A DNA stretch of 64,000 nt, from positions 32,001-96,000 of the forward strand of contig JAEOSK010000003.1 in assembly GCA_016840405.1 (NCBI GenBank). Direction: 5' to 3'. Position 1 is the stretch's first letter. The number at the start of each line of letters is the position of its first letter. Made by a program: the position numbers and the translations under genes. The DNA comes from Candidatus Hermodarchaeum yapensis. Its GTDB lineage: Archaea > Asgardarchaeota > Hermodarchaeia > Hermodarchaeales > Hermodarchaeaceae. Positions 58,915 through 64,000 of the stretch are shown here, piece by piece. Under the pieces are notes generated by a model. It did no database searches and was not told the DNA's origin. It was given only the letters and a program-made list of their open reading frames with translations.

Positions 58915-59113
58915 TTTGACTTCATTTGAGGATATACGTGGGAGTCAGCCGCTGGTAACTGTCTCCTCCGCACCCAATGCAACACATTTTGCTTCACACT
59001 GCAGTATTTAGAGTCTTCTGTTCAGTTAGCTGAACATGTCTTCCCATTGCGAAAGTCTTTCAGGAATCCTGAATCCACTTGAAAACCAAATGTGGACCGA
59101 AAGCTTGGGGATT

Positions 59114-61783
59114 TTACTGGGTTTCTTTAATTGTATCCATGTCTTCATATTGAAGAGGGATTGCATCAAAAGTAGTTTTGCAGTGGGTGCTACAGAAGAA
59201 GTATCGTTTCCCTTTGAAGTCACTAAACAAGTCCGTTGTTGTTTTCACCTTCATTTTACAAATGGGATCAATAGCTAGTGTAGGTTTCTCTGTTGGTTCT
59301 TGTTTGGCAATAGAAGTTGTTTGAGTGCCTTTAATTGGTTTGAAGCGTCCGAGAAGCAGTGCATTAGTCACTACGCTAACACTTGATAAGGCCATAGCAA
59401 GTGCAGCCCATTCAGGTCGGAGCATAATGTAAGGGTAAACTAAACCTGCTGCAACGGGAAGGAGAATGATGTTATAGATTAATGCCCAGAAAAAGCCTTG
59501 GCGAATTTTTGAGAGAGTTTTTCGTCCGAGTTGAATGGCTGTGACAACATCAAGGAGATTGTCCCGAACGAGTACAATATCACCTGCTTCGACTGAAACA
59601 TCAGTTCCTGACCCCAAGGCTATACCGACGTCGGCTTGGGCAAGGGCAGGAGCGTCATTAATTCCATCGCCAGTCATCGCTACTTTATGATTCTGTGATT
59701 GAAGGCGCTGAATTTCTCTCGCCTTTTCATCGGGTAAAACTTCAGCGATAACTTCATTGATTCCTGCTTGGTGTGCAATAGCCTGGGCAGTCCGCTCCTT
59801 GTCGCCGGTGAGCATTACCACATCAATGCCCATCTTCTGGAGGTGTTCAACAGCCTCTGCTGAATTGGGCTTGAGAGTATCAGCAATAGCAACCAAAGCT
59901 AAAGGCGTATGATCTTTGGCAACAAAGATGGTTGTCTTGCCTTGTTGTTGAAGGAGCGCCACATGCGGTTCTAATTCACTGACATCAACATTGCTTTCAG
60001 CCATGAAGGCATCATTGCCAACTTCAATTACAGATCCTGCTACTTTGCCTCTTACCCCCCTTCCTGTAATGGAGTTAAAATCATCAGGATCAGGTACTCG
60101 AACTTCTCTTTCTTCAGCATATTCTACAATTGCATGTGCAAGTGGATGTTCACTCCACTTCTCAACACTGGCAATAAGAGAGATTACTTCCTGTTCATCT
60201 GAGTTTCCAGTGATAATGATATCGGTGACTGTGGGTTTTCCAATGGTAAGTGTTCCAGTCTTGTCAAAGACGATTTTATCGACTTGCGGAATGATCTCTA
60301 ATCCTTCTCCCGTTTTTACGAGAACACCCAGTTGAGCACCCCGACCGATACCTACCATTAGTGCTGCAGGTGTAGCCAAGCCAAGGGCACAAGGACAAGC
60401 AGCAACAAGAACAGCGATAGAAAAGCTGAGGGCTGAAACCCAATTGAATTCAGGATAATTAGGAGTGAACGCGATGAGTACAAACCATATGCTAAACACG
60501 ACGAGTGATAGTATGAGAATGAAAGGGACAAAGCGCTCAGCAATTGCATCAGCCCTCCGCTGAATGGGAGGTTTATGGGTTTGTGCTTCTTCAACCATTT
60601 GAATAATCTGCGCAAGGACTGTATCCCGTCCAACTTTCATCGCTTCAATTGTGAGAACGCCGGTTTGGTTCAGCGTACCACTAACAACGGAATCGTCAAT
60701 TTTTTTGCTTACAGGCAGAGATTCCCCGGTAATCATTGCTTCATTAACAGAAGATTGCCCATCTATGACGAGACCGTCAACCGGAATTTGAGCACCCGGT
60801 CGCACCAGGAGATGGTCACCGACTTCAACATCGTCAGTCGGAATCGTCACCTCCTGACCATCGCGGAGCACAACAGCCGTAGGGGGCTGAAGGTCCATCA
60901 GCGCTCGAATCGCTTGGGACGTACGACCTTTAGCCATTGCCTCAAGTGTACGCCCAAGGAGGATGAATGTCATCAACATCGCTGCAGATTCGAAGAACAC
61001 CATCGACACTGAAAGGAGGAAAGTAGCCGCGACTGAATAGAAGTACGCTACACTCGTTCCAATCATGATGAGTGTGTCCATGTTCGTCTTTCCATGTCGC
61101 GCTGCATTGAGAGACGATTTGTAAAACGGATACCCTCCATAGAACTGGACGGGAGTCGTTAAGAGGAAGAGTACAAACGCAGGAGTAATTCCTAACGGAA
61201 GGTATGGCAATATCAGATGCGGGAGAAAGGAAATAATCACAATGGGAATCGTAAAAATGAGAGTGAAAGCGAACCGTTGGGAATAAAACCGAATTTCTCG
61301 TTCACGGGTCATTGCTTCGCGATCAATATCCGTGGTCATCTCAGCTACGATATCGAAGCCAATAGCATTCAGCGCTGTCCGTACGGTCTTGGTTGCAACT
61401 AGTTCCTCATCATATTCGATGACCAAGCGACCGGACATGGTAAATTCAGCGACAGAGAGAATTCCCGCGATATCTTCCAGGGCTTCTTTGATATAGGACC
61501 ACTCATCAGTTCGTGGAGTAGGGGATAGGGTAACAGTCATTGTGGCACGTTGAGGTTGATAACCCGTCGAAGCAACCGCATCTTCGAGTTCCTCCCGTGA
61601 AATCTGATCTGGATCGAAATCCACCTTAGCCTTTTCTTCCAAAAGATTCACTGAAACCTTTGCCACACCTTGTTGTTGAAGCAAAGCTTTCTCAATTGTA
61701 GTCACGCATGCAGCACAATGCATGCCTTCTATTCGCATGGATAGTCGTTGGGTTTTTTGACCTGCATCACGGGTTTCATTCAT
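59114..61783 (-). CDS. copA: Cu(I)-translocating P1B-type ATPase with C-terminal YHS/TRASH domain
   Basis: GMHCAAC HMA, TGES, CPC, DKTGT, SEHP, GDGIND, YN and MALSS, IDPICKM..FFCSTHC. Start at ATG 61783 (GAGGTG RBS), not 62080. Confidence 0.96.
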   Translation of the reverse strand: MNETRDAGQKTQRLSMRIEGMHCAACVTTIEKALLQQQGVAKVSVNLLEEKAKVDFDPDQISREELEDAVASTGYQPQRATMTVTLSPTPRTDEWSYIKEALEDIAGILSVAEFTMSGRLVIEYDEELVATKTVRTALNAIGFDIVAEMTTDIDREAMTREREIRFYSQRFAFTLIFTIPIVIISFLPHLILPYLPLGITPAFVLFLLTTPVQFYGGYPFYKSSLNAARHGKTNMDTLIMIGTSVAYFYSVAATFLLSVSMVFFESAAMLMTFILLGRTLEAMAKGRTSQAIRALMDLQPPTAVVLRDGQEVTIPTDDVEVGDHLLVRPGAQIPVDGLVIDGQSSVNEAMITGESLPVSKKIDDSVVSGTLNQTGVLTIEAMKVGRDTVLAQIIQMVEEAQTHKPPIQRRADAIAERFVPFILILSLVVFSIWFVLIAFTPNYPEFNWVSALSFSIAVLVAACPCALGLATPAALMVGIGRGAQLGVLVKTGEGLEIIPQVDKIVFDKTGTLTIGKPTVTDIIITGNSDEQEVISLIASVEKWSEHPLAHAIVEYAEEREVRVPDPDDFNSITGRGVRGKVAGSVIEVGNDAFMAESNVDVSELEPHVALLQQQGKTTIFVAKDHTPLALVAIADTLKPNSAEAVEHLQKMGIDVVMLTGDKERTAQAIAHQAGINEVIAEVLPDEKAREIQRLQSQNHKVAMTGDGINDAPALAQADVGIALGSGTDVSVEAGDIVLVRDNLLDVVTAIQLGRKTLSKIRQGFFWALIYNIILLPVAAGLVYPYIMLRPEWAALAMALSSVSVVTNALLLGRFKPIKGTQTTSIAKQEPTEKPTLAIDPICKMKVKTTTDLFSDFKGKRYFFCSTHCKTTFDAIPLQYEDMDTIKETQ

Positions 61784-61799
61784 CCAAAAGCACCTCAAG

Positions 61800-62861
61800 C
61801 TACTCTCTTTCTGCGACCTTGAGTTGCCGTTTATAGGCTCTTGCACAATGATGGCAGCAAAAGGCCATTTGTTTACCATTGATTTCCTCGATATGAGCAC
61901 CTTCGTAGACTTTGCAGCCGCAACTGGCACAGACTTGCAAATTTGTTTCAAAAGCCGCAGCTGTAATAGAAGCAAATCTTGAGAAGAGTAATTCAGCTCC
62001 TTTTCGACCCTTCTCAGTGAAACTAACCACTCTCCTTGGTCGTTTTCCAGTTGGATTACTCTCCGATGTAACAAAACCATGTTCTTCTAAGTACTCAAGA
62101 AATGGGTATAATGTACCTGCACTTAGAGAACGGCCAGTTCGATTTCGGTATTTCGCCATAATTCCATAGCCATGAGAAGGAGATTCGTATAGGAGCAGTA
62201 ATATGTAAACCTTAGCAAAATCATCAAATGGTACGCCCAAAGAGGTTTTTTTTGATATCGCCCCACTTTTCCTTACTTCCTTAATCTCATCAAATGGTTC
62301 AGTAGTTTCATCAGATTCAATTTGATGAGGAAGGGCTTTGGCAATTAGCTCTGATTCAATATTCAGTATATTTTCTCTTGAAATCATCTGAAGGTACTGG
62401 ATTGACTTTGGAAGTTTCAAGTCACTTAAATCGATTTTCCAAAGAATTCGATCTCTTAATTTTGTACCTTCTTTGAAAGTCTGAAGAAGTATCCAATGTC
62501 TACCATCTGTAATAATCCCGTACTTCACTCCCTCACTAGAACAATATCTAGCAAGTTTTTTTAATTGTTCAAGCTTTGTAATATCAATTCCTAGCTTTTT
62601 GACTTCAACGATTAATTCCGGTTTACCATCAATAGTCAATGTGATATCTGGAATACCTTCGGGAGTAAGATAACCATGTTGAACTTCAGAAGGATCTAAT
62701 GTTTTCCAACCTAAGTGGGTTAGGAGTGGTATTATAATTTGGGATTTTACGGCTTCTTCGCTATCCTCATAGTACTGTATATTTGCCTGAATGGTCTCCC
62801 AAAATTTAATTAGTTCTGAAGTGATTTTTGTAATTTTTCTTACTTCCTGGTTTGGATACAA
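61800..62861 (-). CDS. PD-(D/E)xK (HsdR N-terminal-like) nuclease domain fused to PadR wHTH and TRASH metal-binding domain
   Basis: EEAVK..IIIPLL..LGW, PDI, IVEVKK, GIITDG..W; [26 protein letters not shown]; CASCG...FCCHHC. Confidence 0.85.
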   Translation of the reverse strand: MYPNQEVRKITKITSELIKFWETIQANIQYYEDSEEAVKSQIIIPLLTHLGWKTLDPSEVQHGYLTPEGIPDITLTIDGKPELIVEVKKLGIDITKLEQLKKLARYCSSEGVKYGIITDGRHWILLQTFKEGTKLRDRILWKIDLSDLKLPKSIQYLQMISRENILNIESELIAKALPHQIESDETTEPFDEIKEVRKSGAISKKTSLGVPFDDFAKVYILLLLYESPSHGYGIMAKYRNRTGRSLSAGTLYPFLEYLEEHGFVTSESNPTGKRPRRVVSFTEKGRKGAELLFSRFASITAAAFETNLQVCASCGCKVYEGAHIEEINGKQMAFCCHHCARAYKRQLKVAERE

Positions 62862-62992
62862 AATTATATGCTAATGATTGAATTGACAGCAATTCTTATA
62901 AACATAACATATTGGATATATCTTGATGGATAGTAACATCAACGAGCCATATAACCTTTTATGAATTATTAAAAAAAATGGAGATGAGCTTT

Positions 62993-63139
62993 ATGGCGAT
63001 TGATCCCATTTGTAAAATGACGGTAAATGAAAAGACCGCTAAATGGACTTCCAAGTACAAAGGTAAGACTTACTACTTCTGTGCCCCAGGCTGTAAAGCA
63101 GAATTTGACAAGAATCCTGAAAAATATGTGTCCAAGTAG
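62993..63139 (+). CDS. YHS/TRASH-domain metallochaperone, 48 aa
   Basis: Below the ORF-track length cutoff. [48 protein letters not shown], with GGAG RBS. Confidence 0.92.
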   Translation: MAIDPICKMTVNEKTAKWTSKYKGKTYYFCAPGCKAEFDKNPEKYVSK

Positions 63140-63169
63140 GCTTGGAATCTTAGGACAACATTTCAGTGC

Positions 63170-64000
63170 CTAGGTTTCTTCTAGAGGCAGGACGATTCGG
63201 AAGGCGGCGCCTTTCTTTGGTGATGATTCGAGAAGCTCGATTGACCCGCCATATGCTTCAAGGACACGCTTACTGAGATTCAGTCCCAGGCCACTTTCAG
63301 TTGTTGCAGCGCCTCGTTCGAAAAGTTTGGGCAAGAGTTTCTTAGGAATACCAGGACCGTTATCAACAACATCAATTTTCACATGATTATGGTCTCGTGT
63401 GATAGAAATGTTCACAACGGGTTTGGTTCCTGCATGTTGGGCAGCGTTACGGAAGAGATTGTCGAACACCATCGGCAGAAGCCTTCCTCCAGTTACGCGT
63501 AATCTTCTGATTTTCAGCGGAGCTTTCACTTTAATCTTGAGTTGCTTGTGGGCGGTACTTGCTTGATCTGCGACGCGTTCAATGAGGGCAACGATTTCTT
63601 TTTCTGCTTCTTTTTCGGGTCGACCAAAGACGTCTAGGAGTCGTGTCATTCGTTCAGCTGATGCCCTTGTTGCCGTGAGAAACTCGTAGAGTTCTGAATC
63701 TTCAGGTGTTACCATTTGAGCAATTTCTGTGGTACTGAAGATCACTTGGAGGTCGTTGCCGAGGTCGTGCCGTAGAAGTGAAGCATAGAGTTCAAGGTCA
63801 CGGTTAGTGTTTTTGAGCTCCATTTCGGCGAGTTTGCGGTCGTGGATGTCACGAACTAATGTGAAGAGAGCGATGACTTGTCCGTCTCGCCTTATTGGGG
63901 TGCTGCTGACTTCACCCCATTTTCGAGATCCATCCTTGGCGATAAAGGCGTATTCAGCTGGAGGAACAGGTTTTCCTTCTAAAAGGCGTTTAGAGCTTTC
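63170..64000 (-). CDS. PAS-domain sensor histidine kinase, N-terminus beyond the window
   Basis: The frame is open past 63823 to the edge with a PAC motif (AKDGSRKW...RDIHDRK). LRHDLGN H-box, NLFRNA, DNGPGI, GLGL. Confidence 0.92.
   Translation of the reverse strand, partial: ESSKRLLEGKPVPPAEYAFIAKDGSRKWGEVSSTPIRRDGQVIALFTLVRDIHDRKLAEMELKNTNRDLELYASLLRHDLGNDLQVIFSTTEIAQMVTPEDSELYEFLTATRASAERMTRLLDVFGRPEKEAEKEIVALIERVADQASTAHKQLKIKVKAPLKIRRLRVTGGRLLPMVFDNLFRNAAQHAGTKPVVNISITRDHNHVKIDVVDNGPGIPKKLLPKLFERGAATTESGLGLNLSKRVLEAYGGSIELLESSPKKGAAFRIVLPLEET

Noticed and set aside
59015-59112. c-di-AMP (ydaO) riboswitch suggested by TCAGCTAAC
   Set aside because: The other conserved blocks of the motif are missing.
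61784-62080. N-terminal extension of CopA in the ORF track
   Set aside because: It overlaps the PadR-TRASH gene in another frame, and a strong RBS precedes ATG 61783.
1-64000. CRISPR array, rRNA or tRNA genes
   Set aside because: No regularly spaced repeats or recognisable structural RNA signatures were seen by eye. A tRNAscan or Infernal run would be needed to exclude them fully.

Overview
Gene-dense archaeal chromosomal region, very likely from an Asgard archaeon. This rests on a two-domain gelsolin, a longin-type protein, a CDC48/p97 ATPase, archaeal fwdA/B/D, cofE and GGTGA/GGAGG-type ribosome-binding sites (RBS). No rRNA, tRNA or CRISPR array was seen. In order, the window holds: a CDC48 operon flanked by eukaryote-like domain proteins (PH/GRAM-like, IFT52/GIFT-like, longin+winged helix-turn-helix (wHTH) NPRL2-like); a chelatase-type AAA+/vWA protein with an internal membrane hairpin; a korDABC operon whose korD seems to start at a non-canonical codon; three paralogous ~470-aa double-HTH regulators; F420/pterin glutamylation genes; a decayed tnpB-only IS200/IS605 element; a two-gene orphan operon inside structured leader and trailer RNA; tandem nucleotidyltransferases; dispersed fwdD/B/A; a K+-independent H+-PPase; sdaAB/sdaAA; an ECF importer whose S component and extracellular partner carry Cys-less molybdopterin-binding-fold domains; and a copper locus (copA, YHS chaperone) whose PadR-TRASH regulator is fused to a PD-(D/E)xK nuclease domain. 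The best candidates for undescribed systems are the pterin-fold ECF importer, the nuclease-PadR-TRASH fusion, and the structured-RNA orphan operon with its divergent regulator. All family assignments come from motif recognition by eye; no database searches were run.
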